Assembly (NCBI GenBank): GCA_046758445.1 | Contig: JBHIAE010000014.1 | Location: 1-64,000 of the forward strand | Length of the DNA: 64,000 nucleotides | Direction: 5' to 3' | Source: Candidatus Thorarchaeota archaeon | GTDB taxonomy: Archaea > Asgardarchaeota > Thorarchaeia > Thorarchaeales > Thorarchaeaceae | In this document: positions 1 to 9,618 of the stretch, piece by piece | How positions within the stretch are numbered: position 1 is the first letter of the stretch | Layout: every line of letters starts with the position of its first letter | Notes under the pieces: generated by a model | What the model was told of the DNA's origin: nothing | Seen by the model: the letters and a program-made list of their open reading frames with translations, nothing else | Database searches by the model: none | Position numbers and translations under genes: made by a program

Positions 1-161
1 TGACAGACAAGACAAGACGTCTGCACGAGAAGTACGAGAGAGTTTCCAAAGAGATGAATGATATCTTTTACAGAGGGCTCTCCGAGGAAGAGATTGACGG
101 CTTCGAGACCCTCCTCCGAAGGCTTCTTGCAAATCTTGCGGATTATGATCTGTCTAAGTGA
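1..161 (+). CDS. MarR-family transcriptional regulator, C-terminal part (5' end outside window)
   Basis: Frame 3 reads TDKTRRLHEKYERVSKEMNDIFYRGLSEEEIDGFETLLRRLLANL..., TGA at 159-161; typical MarR C-terminal helices. Confidence 0.7.
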   Translation, partial: TDKTRRLHEKYERVSKEMNDIFYRGLSEEEIDGFETLLRRLLANLADYDLSK

Positions 162-228
162 TACCGAATCGCTGAGAAACCTAGTTTAATAGCCATAGTG
201 CGCACTTCATCTATTACCAAAGTGTGAG

Positions 229-756
229 TTGGCGCACATGACCAAAGAGAGTACGCATAAGTTTCAGAGCAAGTACGATTCGACGTATGCTGATTTTCTG
301 AAAGACGTCTATGCAGGCCGAATAGCCCTCATCAGGGAGTTTGAAACACATATCGGCAAGGAAGAAGCACTTCGAATAGTGAAGAACTTCTATGAGAACC
401 AGGCTGTTGATAACATTAGAGACCTAGTGGCAAAGCTGGATGCACCCATAGACTCAATCAGAACATTCGGTGACGTCATGAAACGGCTGGCATCTAACGA
501 GGTCACTGCAAACACTCAGACAATGGAGTATCCCGACTCTCCTCCTGGAACATTTCACATGTGTACAACAGAGTGTCTTTGGGCAGATGTGTTCAAGGAG
601 CTAGGTGCTGCAGACTTGGGGTACATAATGCTCTGTGGAACTGACTTTCTGGCTGCTTCTGCATTTCATAAAGACATTCGGTTAGAGAGAACTAAGACCA
701 TAATGCAGGGTGACGACCACTGCGATTTCATCTATCATTGGGACAAGAAAGATTGA
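229..756 (+). CDS. L-2-amino-thiazoline-4-carboxylic acid hydrolase-like family protein
   Basis: C..W...F..LG..DLG...C..D and RTKTIMQGDDHCDF motifs. Confidence 0.75.
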   Translation: MAHMTKESTHKFQSKYDSTYADFLKDVYAGRIALIREFETHIGKEEALRIVKNFYENQAVDNIRDLVAKLDAPIDSIRTFGDVMKRLASNEVTANTQTMEYPDSPPGTFHMCTTECLWADVFKELGAADLGYIMLCGTDFLAASAFHKDIRLERTKTIMQGDDHCDFIYHWDKKD

Positions 757-823
757 TTCTACCTGCATGATGGCACTGACGTCCCAGAGTTGAAACAGTT
801 CTTTTTCGCAAATCCTTGATTTG

Positions 824-1303
824 CTAGTCCTCCTCGAATTGCAGTAGTTCCAATACATTACCTGATGGGTCACGAATCGCCATGAAAGTGCCTGCAGGAA
901 AAGGTTGTGGAGCATCGTAGATGAAGTCAATATTCATCTCTCTGAGTCTGTTGGCTGTTTCCTCCAAGTTCTTGGTTTCAATGCCCAGTGCTACTTGAGA
1001 TGTCTGAGGGTACTTAGCATTGCTTGGTTCCGCAACTTTCTCGAGAATCAGTGTCGGACCTTCATTCTCGAGTCGGACCAGGCAGCCGTCATCATACTTC
1101 TTAGCGACCTCAAAGCCGAGCTTGTTGCAGTAGAAATCCAAAGCTTGGTCAATATCATTGACATAGATGCAGATCACGCATATACTCGTCAACTTGCCTA
1201 CCTCTGTGCTCTGCCGAAGAGCAACAGAAACCAGAATCCACTCACGTGAAAAGGCTTGCAGTGAGAGCATTCGAAAAGTGCCAGAGACTGGCAGACAATT
1301 CAC
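824..1303 (-). CDS. VOC/glyoxalase family protein (true start probably near 1192)
   Basis: IYVNDIDQALDFYCNKLGF ... RDPSGNVLEL. Confidence 0.85.
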   Translation of the reverse strand: MNCLPVSGTFRMLSLQAFSREWILVSVALRQSTEVGKLTSICVICIYVNDIDQALDFYCNKLGFEVAKKYDDGCLVRLENEGPTLILEKVAEPSNAKYPQTSQVALGIETKNLEETANRLREMNIDFIYDAPQPFPAGTFMAIRDPSGNVLELLQFEED

Positions 1304-1325
1304 AAGACTCTCTCGGCTTGAGTCA

Positions 1326-2258
1326 TTAGCGTGAAAGTGGTCTTCTCAACATCTCTAGTGCTTTCTGAGTTTCGTCCTTGAATCTCTCAAGAATGGACCT
1401 AGTTTGATTTGTTGTTTCCTTTGAGAGTTCAAGGTCACAGCGCTCCAACAATTCATGTAGATGTTTCAATGGGTGCTTTGATCGGTCTCCCCAGTCCCAG
1501 ATACTGCACCAGCTACGACCGAGATCGGGTCCATAGGCATTCTCCGCTGTCTGTCGTACTTCTTGAGAAACAATTGTCCCAGGATTCAACCAAGGCATGT
1601 CTGTGCCGTTTGGCTCAACACCAAAGATGGCATTGGAGAAGAATGAATACATAGGAACATGTATTCTATCAGCAAGCTGCTTCATGCGAAGAGCACCCTT
1701 GAGACCGCCTGCAATTGAGTAGACCAGAATAGCGCGAACATCGGAACTGTGAGTAAGCGTTGCTTCAATGATCCCTTCGATTGTGCCACCCGTAGCAATA
1801 GTGTCACCGATGAGAATCAAGGGCTTTGGAGTCAAGGCCTCAAAGTTCTGGTAGGAAAGCTCTGTTACCCAGCCAGTTGGAGTTAGCCGTCGCTTGGCAC
1901 CGATGAAGCACCTGTTAATGGTTTCACCGAAGACTGCCTCAAAAGCCTCTGCAAGGCTATAGTACAGGGCACCAGCAAGCGGAACAACTTCTGTCACCGA
2001 ATCAAGAGTGGAGTCTTGAACCTCGGGGACCAGACCATACGCAATACGGAGAAAATCGGCACTACTCTCACGAGCGAAATTGGCTAACCTTGCTCCTACC
2101 ATCCATGGCTCAAGAAGAATCTGGAGAGCACTTGGGGATTCTATGATGTATGTGTCAGGAAGCAGGTGAGGGCTCTTCACTTGTAGTACACGAGGACCGC
2201 CAACGAGCCCTTTGTGCTCGACGATTCTGGCATCTTCCTTAATCGAGGCTTGATTCAT
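1326..2258 (-). CDS. Type I phosphoribosyltransferase-fold protein (UPRT-like)
   Basis: PRPP-binding loop ILIGDTIATGGT. Confidence 0.6.
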   Translation of the reverse strand: MNQASIKEDARIVEHKGLVGGPRVLQVKSPHLLPDTYIIESPSALQILLEPWMVGARLANFARESSADFLRIAYGLVPEVQDSTLDSVTEVVPLAGALYYSLAEAFEAVFGETINRCFIGAKRRLTPTGWVTELSYQNFEALTPKPLILIGDTIATGGTIEGIIEATLTHSSDVRAILVYSIAGGLKGALRMKQLADRIHVPMYSFFSNAIFGVEPNGTDMPWLNPGTIVSQEVRQTAENAYGPDLGRSWCSIWDWGDRSKHPLKHLHELLERCDLELSKETTNQTRSILERFKDETQKALEMLRRPLSR

Positions 2259-2449
2259 TGCTCAAAGACTCCTGCAGTAAAGTCTGATTGCTGATATCTC
2301 CCCAACAAGGTGTACTACATCGCGTGGGATAGGTCCCGTTAATCAAGGTCCTGACACACTCAGGGATTTCTCAGCCGCTTCAGTCTTCTTAAGTCTACTT
2401 AGCCATTGGACTCCAAGATTCCCAATCTGGCGACGACTTACCAACAAGG

Positions 2450-3499
2450 CTACAGTCCTACGACTTCCCGATATAGTGCCAAGGCATCTTCTTCTGAGTC
2501 AACACCCCGGACAATTGCGTTTCCCCTGGCCATTATCGTGATCTCTGCCTCCTCGGAGGCTTCGATCTTGAGCCAATTGCTGGCCTTCATGACGCTGTAA
2601 GAGTCCTTCAGACGAGCAGCAATCTCCTTGATGTCCAGTGGTGTCATTGACGCTGGAGCTATACTGAAAGTCCCCGAGCAGAGTGTCGTAACGCTGGGCC
2701 CCTTTGGTGCCTTAATAGATGGTTCGACTCTTGGAACGGAGCAGGCAGGGCATCTCTCGTCCTTACCTATATCAAAGAGATCGAAAGTCAACGAGGCGAC
2801 GTCAACCACCATTAGCCGGTTCTTTAGTTTCGGCTCATTCTTCGTAGCTAAGAGTACGGCTTCCCGAACCTGTATCCCAGCCACTATTGAGAGCAGTTCG
2901 GGTGAAACCCCAACATTCGCGCAAGTGTAGTCTGGATCGTCTTCAGCATCTCCTGCTAAGCATTGAAGACATCCCGTTTGGCCTGGCACAAATGTGGACA
3001 GGTTACTGTGATATTCAATAGCTCCTGCAAATATGTACGGGATATCCAGGCTCAAACTGGCACTATTCACAGCATGTCTTGTGTGGAAGGAGTCCAGTCC
3101 GTCAACGATGATGTCAGACCCTTTCAGGAGCTCAATGGCATTGCTCTCATCCAGAAATACGCTAATGGGCTCTAGTTCCACCTCGGGATTCATTGCTGCA
3201 AGGTTCGCCGTAGCGGCCTCAGCCTTCGGCTTGCCGATGTCACTCGTATTGTAAACTGTCTGTCTTTGGATATTTGAGAGCTCAACTACGTCACGATCGA
3301 TTATCCTGAGATGACCGAACCCCATGGCTGTCAAAAGACGTAACGCTGGACTTCCGAGCCCTCCGGCCCCAACGACGGAAACTGTAGTTCTCATTACTGC
3401 TTCCATGTCTTTCTCACTGTAATCACGTAGAGCAAGCATTCTCGAGTAACGGTCTCGTTGTTCCGGTGTGAGCGTCATGACTTCGACACGACTAGACAC
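2450..3499 (-). CDS. moeB: MoeB/ThiF/UbaA E1-like adenylyltransferase with C-terminal extension
   Basis: VGAGGLGS, DRDVVELSNIQRQ, Zn-binding CLQC and CPAC. Confidence 0.9.
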   Translation of the reverse strand: MSSRVEVMTLTPEQRDRYSRMLALRDYSEKDMEAVMRTTVSVVGAGGLGSPALRLLTAMGFGHLRIIDRDVVELSNIQRQTVYNTSDIGKPKAEAATANLAAMNPEVELEPISVFLDESNAIELLKGSDIIVDGLDSFHTRHAVNSASLSLDIPYIFAGAIEYHSNLSTFVPGQTGCLQCLAGDAEDDPDYTCANVGVSPELLSIVAGIQVREAVLLATKNEPKLKNRLMVVDVASLTFDLFDIGKDERCPACSVPRVEPSIKAPKGPSVTTLCSGTFSIAPASMTPLDIKEIAARLKDSYSVMKASNWLKIEASEEAEITIMARGNAIVRGVDSEEDALALYREVVGL

Positions 3500-3544
3500 G
3501 AGAGAACTTAAGGTATCGGACGCAGGCTATATTGAGATTGACCA

Positions 3545-4525
3545 ATGAAATCACCCGTTCACTCTGGGATAGTCCTGCAGTATAACACGCCAACTGGCAG
3601 AGGTGATGAAGTAGAACAGCAGGCTGGCATCCTGTTGGTAAGGAACGTCGAGGAAGCACTCAGGAAGGCAGGGGTGCCTTTCACGGAAGTTCGAAATCAG
3701 GGCGGACGTATCGTTGTCGAAACAAAAAACACTAGTGATGCAGCCAGAGTTGCTGCACGTGTTTTCGGCGTTGACTCAGTATCAAATGCCACAGTTGCCT
3801 GTGCGGATATGAATCAGGACCTGAGAATTAGTGAAGCTCTCAAGGGTGTAGGAGGACTGCCAACCGGCATAGAGAGCAAGGTTGTCTGTACTATTTCTAG
3901 CGGTCTTGATTCTCCTGTAGCATCATACAAGGTCATGAGGCGTGGATGTGTGCCAGTGTTTGTCCACTTTGATAATGCGCCGTTCTCAGATGAGTCAAAC
4001 AAGGAGCTCGCAATAAGACAAGCCAAACGACTGGCTGAGTATGTTCACGGTTTTGAGGTTAAGATGTACATCGTGCCCCACGGTGACGATCTTGTGGAAG
4101 TGTTGAAACACGGGCCAAGAAAGATGACTTGTGTCCTATGCAGAAGGAACATGTATCGCTTGGCACAGGAGATAGCCCTTCGTGAAGGTGCAGACGCGAT
4201 AGTGACAGGCGAGATAATAGGCGAACAGGCCTCTCAGACTACTCAGAACCTGCGTGCTGAAAGGGATGCTATATGCGAGATTCCAATACTGAGACCCTGT
4301 ATAGGAGATGACAAAGTGGAGATTGAGGCTTTGGCAAGGACGATTGGGACGTACGAGTTTGCATCTGAGGCTGTTTCGTGTTGCTCGCTTCCACCAAAGT
4401 ACCCGGCCGTGCGCGCCCGGCCTGAAGATGTACGAGAGGCTGAGGAGAAAATGGACATGGACTGGATCAGTGCGGAGGTTTCTCAAGCCGAAGTCATCAT
4501 TCTGAAGGATGGGCCAAAGAAATGA
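3545..4525 (+). CDS. thiI: ThiI-like PP-loop sulfurtransferase, apparently lacking most of the THUMP domain
   Basis: GVGGLP, ISSGLDSPVA PP-loop, CVLCRR, TGEIIGEQASQT, ILRP; short linker between N-terminal domain and PP-loop. Confidence 0.75.
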   Translation: MKSPVHSGIVLQYNTPTGRGDEVEQQAGILLVRNVEEALRKAGVPFTEVRNQGGRIVVETKNTSDAARVAARVFGVDSVSNATVACADMNQDLRISEALKGVGGLPTGIESKVVCTISSGLDSPVASYKVMRRGCVPVFVHFDNAPFSDESNKELAIRQAKRLAEYVHGFEVKMYIVPHGDDLVEVLKHGPRKMTCVLCRRNMYRLAQEIALREGADAIVTGEIIGEQASQTTQNLRAERDAICEIPILRPCIGDDKVEIEALARTIGTYEFASEAVSCCSLPPKYPAVRARPEDVREAEEKMDMDWISAEVSQAEVIILKDGPKK

Positions 4526-4830
4526 CTGAGTTCTTCACGCTGAAGTTATGTTCAGACAAGACAGCTTTCGAGGCTAAGGCAAAGACACAAGTTGCCCTTG
4601 ATCTGAAAGCAGTTGCCAATGAGGCCTCAGAGAGGACTGGACTACGAATTCGCGTGTCTCTCCCTGTGCTCCTCCTCCTCGAGGGAGATGATGGTCGCAG
4701 AATCAACATATTCCCATCTGGACGGCTACTCCTCAGGGGATTCTCGACAAGGGAGGAGGCAGAGCATGCGGTGGAAGTCTTGGGACCGCTGTTGTATCAG
4801 ACCACTCAAGAAAGTGACACAAAGCAATGA
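4522..4830 (+). CDS. Small protein resembling the C-terminal extension of the neighbouring MoeB
   Basis: LC...LDLK...INIFPSGRLLLRG..TREEA parallels MoeB LC...LDIK...ITIMARGNAIVRG..SEEDA; start overlaps thiI stop (ATGA). Confidence 0.6.
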   Translation: MTEFFTLKLCSDKTAFEAKAKTQVALDLKAVANEASERTGLRIRVSLPVLLLLEGDDGRRINIFPSGRLLLRGFSTREEAEHAVEVLGPLLYQTTQESDTKQ

Positions 4831-4863
4831 TCTCGGACATAGATTCCCTTGATATTTCAGAGG

Positions 4864-6078
4864 TCATTCGAGTAAAGTGACCATTACTTTCTCTCCCTCG
4901 TCAATGACATCAAGGTTCAATGGTAGGATGATGTATCCATCTGCTTGAGCAATGCTTGTGATAGCCCCAGAGTGCTTGTAGACAGGATGGGCGACTCCGT
5001 CTTCTATCCGAACAGTGAGGAATTGCCTCCTACCTGATGACGAAACCACTCTCTTGCCCAGTCTAGCAAGGACGGTTCTTTCGACCTGTTCTGGCAGTCT
5101 TGCCATCTTGCGAATTGCTGGAGCTAAGAATATGTATGCGTTGCTCAGACACGACGTTGGATATCCTGGCATGCCTACCACGGGCGTATTCTTAACGACT
5201 CCAAACAGAGTGGGCTTTCCAGGCTTTATCTGCACTCCATGGAAGAGGACTTCCCCCAGCTTCTCTAGGATACCAGCGAGCAGGTCCTTCTCGCCGACTG
5301 AGCTCCCTCCTGATAACACTATCATCTCCGAATCAAGGGCGTTGGTTATTGCCGACTTGAGACCCTCGAATTCGTCGTTTACGACAGGATGTCTGTCTAC
5401 TTCTGCACCGTGAGACGCTAGTACAGCTTCCAAGGTAAACGAGTTCACGTCGTAGATTTGGCCGGGCTGCAATGGGCTTCCAGGGGGTACGACTTCTCGT
5501 CCTGTTGGGATAACAGCGACTCTCGGTCTTGAATAGACTTCCACATCCGTCTTTCCTAGCGCTGCGAGTGTTCCGATTCTGGCCGGAGTGAGATGACTGC
5601 CGCCAGGGAGTACAACAGCGCCCTCCTTGATGTCCTCTCCTTTGACTGACACGTTTGCACCTGGATAGACAGGTTTCGTAATCAGTACTTGCTTATCACG
5701 GCGCTCTGTGAACTCCACCATAACTACTGCGTCGGCACCCTTTGGGAGAGGAGAGCCAGTGGCAATTTGAAGACATCTACTTGTCGAAACACTGGCTTCT
5801 GACACTTCCCCTGCATGAATCACCCCGTCAAGCGTAAGGAGAACTTCCTCTTCGTTGGCGGAGAAGGTATCCTCTGCTATGACTGCGTACCCGTCCATCG
5901 CAGATCTGTCAAAAGGGGGTACAAACCTGTTGGCTATCAGATCTGCGGCAAGAACTCTCCCAAGAGACTGACTGATGGGTAGAATTTCGGTTGATTCAAT
6001 TGGGGCACAATGATCCAGGAGTATTCGTTCTGCTTCCTCCTGAGACACCAGTAGTTTGAACGGGTCCATCTTCTTCAT
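4864..6078 (-). CDS. moeA: Molybdopterin molybdenum/tungsten transferase MoeA
   Basis: PPFDRSAMDGYAV, IATGSPLPKGADAVVMVE, SGGSSVG, IKPGKP, GMPGYPTS. Confidence 0.95.
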   Translation of the reverse strand: MKKMDPFKLLVSQEEAERILLDHCAPIESTEILPISQSLGRVLAADLIANRFVPPFDRSAMDGYAVIAEDTFSANEEEVLLTLDGVIHAGEVSEASVSTSRCLQIATGSPLPKGADAVVMVEFTERRDKQVLITKPVYPGANVSVKGEDIKEGAVVLPGGSHLTPARIGTLAALGKTDVEVYSRPRVAVIPTGREVVPPGSPLQPGQIYDVNSFTLEAVLASHGAEVDRHPVVNDEFEGLKSAITNALDSEMIVLSGGSSVGEKDLLAGILEKLGEVLFHGVQIKPGKPTLFGVVKNTPVVGMPGYPTSCLSNAYIFLAPAIRKMARLPEQVERTVLARLGKRVVSSSGRRQFLTVRIEDGVAHPVYKHSGAITSIAQADGYIILPLNLDVIDEGEKVMVTLLE

Positions 6079-6578
6079 CTATCCACCTCCCATATTAGAT
6101 GCCCAAGCCCGGGGAGTATGGCCTTCTTCAGTGCAGTTGTCATTGCGTTCTTCGAACCGGGAAGGCAGTATAGTATTGTCTTGCCTATCATTCCTGCTGA
6201 TGCTTGACTGTAGATACTGGCAATACCGATTTCTTCATAGCTAATGCGGCGAAAGAACTCACCAAACCCATCAAGGCGCTTCTCGAATATTGGAACGAGG
6301 GTTCGTACTGTGACGTCTCTACTCCCCACACCAGTTCCACCACTGGTCACTATGACGCGAATCTCCGGATTCTCTAGGTATCCGCTGACCTTCTCTACGA
6401 TTGCATCTCCTCTGTTTGGGACAAGATCATATTCAACGATGGTGTGACCTTCGGATCTGATTAACTCCTGTGCCACCTGACCAGACTCGTCGGACTCCTT
6501 TGTCCTGCTATCGGTTACAGTAAGCACCGCAAAGCCTGTTCTCACCTTCTGGTTTCTTCTGTGCTCGCCAGTCATCAA
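6075..6578 (-). CDS. moaB: MogA/MoaB molybdopterin adenylyltransferase
   Basis: LTVTDSR..DESG, TSGGTG..RDVT, LPGS. Confidence 0.92.
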   Translation of the reverse strand: MMTGEHRRNQKVRTGFAVLTVTDSRTKESDESGQVAQELIRSEGHTIVEYDLVPNRGDAIVEKVSGYLENPEIRVIVTSGGTGVGSRDVTVRTLVPIFEKRLDGFGEFFRRISYEEIGIASIYSQASAGMIGKTILYCLPGSKNAMTTALKKAILPGLGHLIWEVDR

Positions 6579-7045
6579 ATCTCGTCCTTTCGCTTCAGCA
6601 GGACACGAATGCCTTCCAGTCGTGCATTCGGATACTGTCCTTCAGAATCCTTCTCCATATACTTCACCATGTCCCATATTGATAGAAGTGCTGTGGTCAC
6701 TCCGACTAGGGCTTCCATCTCAACACCAGTGGCATAGTTGGCCGTCACCGTGCAGACAGCTGCAATCCGGTCGCCCTTGAATTCGAACGATATGCCAACT
6801 GAGGTGAGTGGGATTTGATGACAGAGTGGAATTAGATCGGCAGTCTTCTTGGCTGCCATAATACCTGCGGTCTCAGAAACTGATAAGACATCTCCCTTCT
6901 TTGTGGTCCCAAGACGAATCGCCTCCACAGTTTCTGGTCGAAGTACAATGTCGCCTACAGCCTCTGCAAGTCTGGCCGATTCGGGCTTGCCTGAGATATC
7001 AATCATCCTGGCCGGTTCTTTCCTCTCGCTCAACCTGTCTGTCAC
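6575..7045 (-). CDS. moaC: Cyclic pyranopterin monophosphate synthase MoaC
   Basis: MIDISGK, KKGDVL, AGIMAAKKT.DLIPLCH, TGVEMEAL, WDMVK. Confidence 0.95.
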   Translation of the reverse strand: MTDRLSERKEPARMIDISGKPESARLAEAVGDIVLRPETVEAIRLGTTKKGDVLSVSETAGIMAAKKTADLIPLCHQIPLTSVGISFEFKGDRIAAVCTVTANYATGVEMEALVGVTTALLSIWDMVKYMEKDSEGQYPNARLEGIRVLLKRKDEI

Positions 7046-7448
7046 CCACCCAATAGCTGTCCCCTTCGATGTGCTCCTTCTTCCAGATCAGAGCTCTGCT
7101 CTTCAGCTGTTCAATCGCGTATCGGCATCCGTCAAAGGCCTGATTGCGATGGGTAGCCCCAACGACGATTAGGACTATGTTCTCACCTACATTCAGGTTC
7201 CCAATCCTATGTACAATCGAAACGTCGGTCACACCAAAGTCCCGGATCGTTTCTGCTCTAATCTTCTCAAGCTCTTCTACGGCGAGCTTCACCTCAGCCT
7301 CGAAGTCCAGTCGCTTGACTCTCTTTCCTTCTGTAATGCTTCTTACAGTGCCCAAGAATTGAACGATTGCGCCCATTTCTGGCCGACGGGTCTTCGAAAC
7401 CACTTCATCGATTGAGATGTCCTTCTCGGTCACCTCTATCATTCCCAT
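6999..7448 (-). CDS. moaE: Molybdopterin synthase catalytic subunit MoaE
   Basis: GAIVQFLGTVR, HRIG.L.VGE, HR.QAF, IWKKE. Confidence 0.93.
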   Translation of the reverse strand: MGMIEVTEKDISIDEVVSKTRRPEMGAIVQFLGTVRSITEGKRVKRLDFEAEVKLAVEELEKIRAETIRDFGVTDVSIVHRIGNLNVGENIVLIVVGATHRNQAFDGCRYAIEQLKSRALIWKKEHIEGDSYWVGDRQVEREERTGQDD

Positions 7449-8434
7449 TCCTCCTTTTGCCAGAAAGGTTCTCGAGTCCGAACTGCTTTGGTCAGAGCCT
7501 CATCCACTAGGCGTAGTGATTCTCCCAACCCCAGATAAGAACGAACATCTACCAAGTTGTCGTATCTAAGGAGGCAGGGCTTCAGTCTTCCGTCAGATGT
7601 CATTCTCAGACGAGTACAACCTTCACAGAACGAACTGTTGTGTGTCGGACGAACTACTTCAACTACCACTTGCCCATTTGGCAGAGGAATAGAGTATTGT
7701 TTCCTCCCGTGTAGAGTTCTCCTTCTCACTTCTGAAGCCTTGTTCAGGAGTCTTGCCTCAACTGGCTCAAGATCCACCCAGAATTCCAACCATGTGCTGG
7801 TGTTCTCTTCAGGCATATACTGTAGCTCTATCAGCTGAAGAATAGCACCCACAGAACCAGCAAACTCCATCATTGCAGGGATTTCGTTCTCATTGAGACC
7901 TCGGAGAATCGTCATGTTGATCTTCACTGGATTGAGTCCAGCTTTAACGGCCTTGAGAATCCCATTCTTGACAGCCTCAAGATCCGATGAACCGGTCATT
8001 GTCACATAGGTTTCTGGTTCCAGCGAATGCAAGCTCACATTCACCCTATCAAGGCCAGCCGCCTTCAGCTCTGATGCCATCCCCTCCAGACGAGCCCCGT
8101 TCGTTGTGAGAGAGAGATCATCGACCAGTGGAGCCAACCCCTTGACAATCTCTAGAATGTCACTACGAAGCAGAGCCTCGCCGCCAGTCAGCTTTACTTT
8201 CTTTATGCCGCGTCTGCTAGCGGCAGAAACAAGTCGCTCGATCTCTCTTGGTGTCATCTCGGAGTCAGTGTGATTCTCGCCTTCATGATGACAGAAGAAG
8301 CAGGAATAGTCGCATCTCTGAGTCAGAGATATTCTTAGGTAATCCACTGTCCGACCGAATCGGTCCGTCAACGGAGCTGTCTTGGATGCCAACTTCCCGT
8401 CTTTGGCAGATTTGATGTCTGACTCAGATGTCAT
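7439..8434 (-). CDS. moaA: GTP 3',8-cyclase MoaA (radical SAM)
   Basis: DRFGR..YLRISLTQRCDYSCFFCHHEG, FCEGCTRLRMTSDGRLKPCL. Confidence 0.95.
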   Translation of the reverse strand: MTSESDIKSAKDGKLASKTAPLTDRFGRTVDYLRISLTQRCDYSCFFCHHEGENHTDSEMTPREIERLVSAASRRGIKKVKLTGGEALLRSDILEIVKGLAPLVDDLSLTTNGARLEGMASELKAAGLDRVNVSLHSLEPETYVTMTGSSDLEAVKNGILKAVKAGLNPVKINMTILRGLNENEIPAMMEFAGSVGAILQLIELQYMPEENTSTWLEFWVDLEPVEARLLNKASEVRRRTLHGRKQYSIPLPNGQVVVEVVRPTHNSSFCEGCTRLRMTSDGRLKPCLLRYDNLVDVRSYLGLGESLRLVDEALTKAVRTREPFWQKEEWE

Positions 8435-8535
8435 TACATTGGGACTGGTTTCAGAAGGTGAAGATAACTGTTATGTTCTGTCATGCATGTCGGTGCTCAA
8501 TGAGATGGCCCAATCTCTCCACCTTGCTTCATGGT

Positions 8536-9618
8536 TTAGTACACGCGGACTGATGATGCCTTGAAAGTCACGTAGAGAGAGTCGCCCTCCTCAATATCCA
8601 GTTTCTCGAGTGAAGACCTGGTGATGTGAGCAATCAATGGAACACCTACATCTACAGTCACATGCACAGCCTCACCCTCAACTGACACGTCCCGTATTGT
8701 TCCCTTCAGTGTGTTCCGGGCGCTCGAGAGTACTGTTTCTCTGGATAGGACTATATCTTCTGAAGGGATGCTCACTGTCACAGGTCCCTCTATGTCTGAA
8801 ATGGCTTCAACGGTGACTTCCTTGTCAAGAACGACTCTCACCAGTTGACGCCGCTTTGTTTCTTCGCCCACTCTCGTTGCAGAACCTGAGAAGATGTTTG
8901 TCATCATCTCTTGATGCATAATGGAATCGAGCTCGGCCCTGAACACATCTCGGGCAGTCCCTATCTTCTGGATCCGTCCCTGATGAATAACGGCTATTCT
9001 ATCACCCATGAACTGCGCTTGAAGGATGTTGTGAGTGCTGAGGACTATTGTCATGTCCGACTGCTTGTTCAGGGACTGCAAGACTCTTCCTACTATCTGG
9101 GCGTTTTCGGGATCTAGATGAATGGTGGGCTCATCAAGTAGTAGCACTTCAGGCTTGAGAACCAATGCCATAGCTAGACTTAGTCGACGCTGTTCCCCAC
9201 CGGACAGCTTGCGTGCCATTCGATCATGAAAGTCACCGAGCTCAACAATCTCTAATGCATCGGTCACCCTTTTGCGGACTTCTGCCTCATCAATGCCTCT
9301 GATTCTCAGCCCGTAGGCGGCATTCTTGAACACAGTAGTGCCAAACATTGTCAGCCTTTGGAAGACCAGTGTGACCTTCCTTCGCATCTGTTCAACATTG
9401 ACATCAGTTATGATTTCGCCATCAAAGACTAGCTCTCCTAAGGTGGGCGGTTGAAGACCGGCCATTACTCTTAGTGCCGTAGTCTTTCCGGCTCCGTTGG
9501 ATCCTATTATGGAAAGCAGCTCTCCTTGCCTGACTCCCAGACTGATATTGTCTAGAGCACGTATTCCGTCAAAGTCGACAGACACGTTTCTCATCTCGAC
9601 TATTCCCATAACCACCAA
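8536..9618 (-). CDS. tupC: Tungstate ABC transporter ATP-binding subunit with TOBE domain
   Basis: Walker A GSNGAGKT, LSGGEQRR, LLDEPT; C-terminal SARN...FKASSV TOBE; operon with tupAB. Confidence 0.85.
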   Translation of the reverse strand: MVVMGIVEMRNVSVDFDGIRALDNISLGVRQGELLSIIGSNGAGKTTALRVMAGLQPPTLGELVFDGEIITDVNVEQMRRKVTLVFQRLTMFGTTVFKNAAYGLRIRGIDEAEVRKRVTDALEIVELGDFHDRMARKLSGGEQRRLSLAMALVLKPEVLLLDEPTIHLDPENAQIVGRVLQSLNKQSDMTIVLSTHNILQAQFMGDRIAVIHQGRIQKIGTARDVFRAELDSIMHQEMMTNIFSGSATRVGEETKRRQLVRVVLDKEVTVEAISDIEGPVTVSIPSEDIVLSRETVLSSARNTLKGTIRDVSVEGEAVHVTVDVGVPLIAHITRSSLEKLDIEEGDSLYVTFKASSVRVY

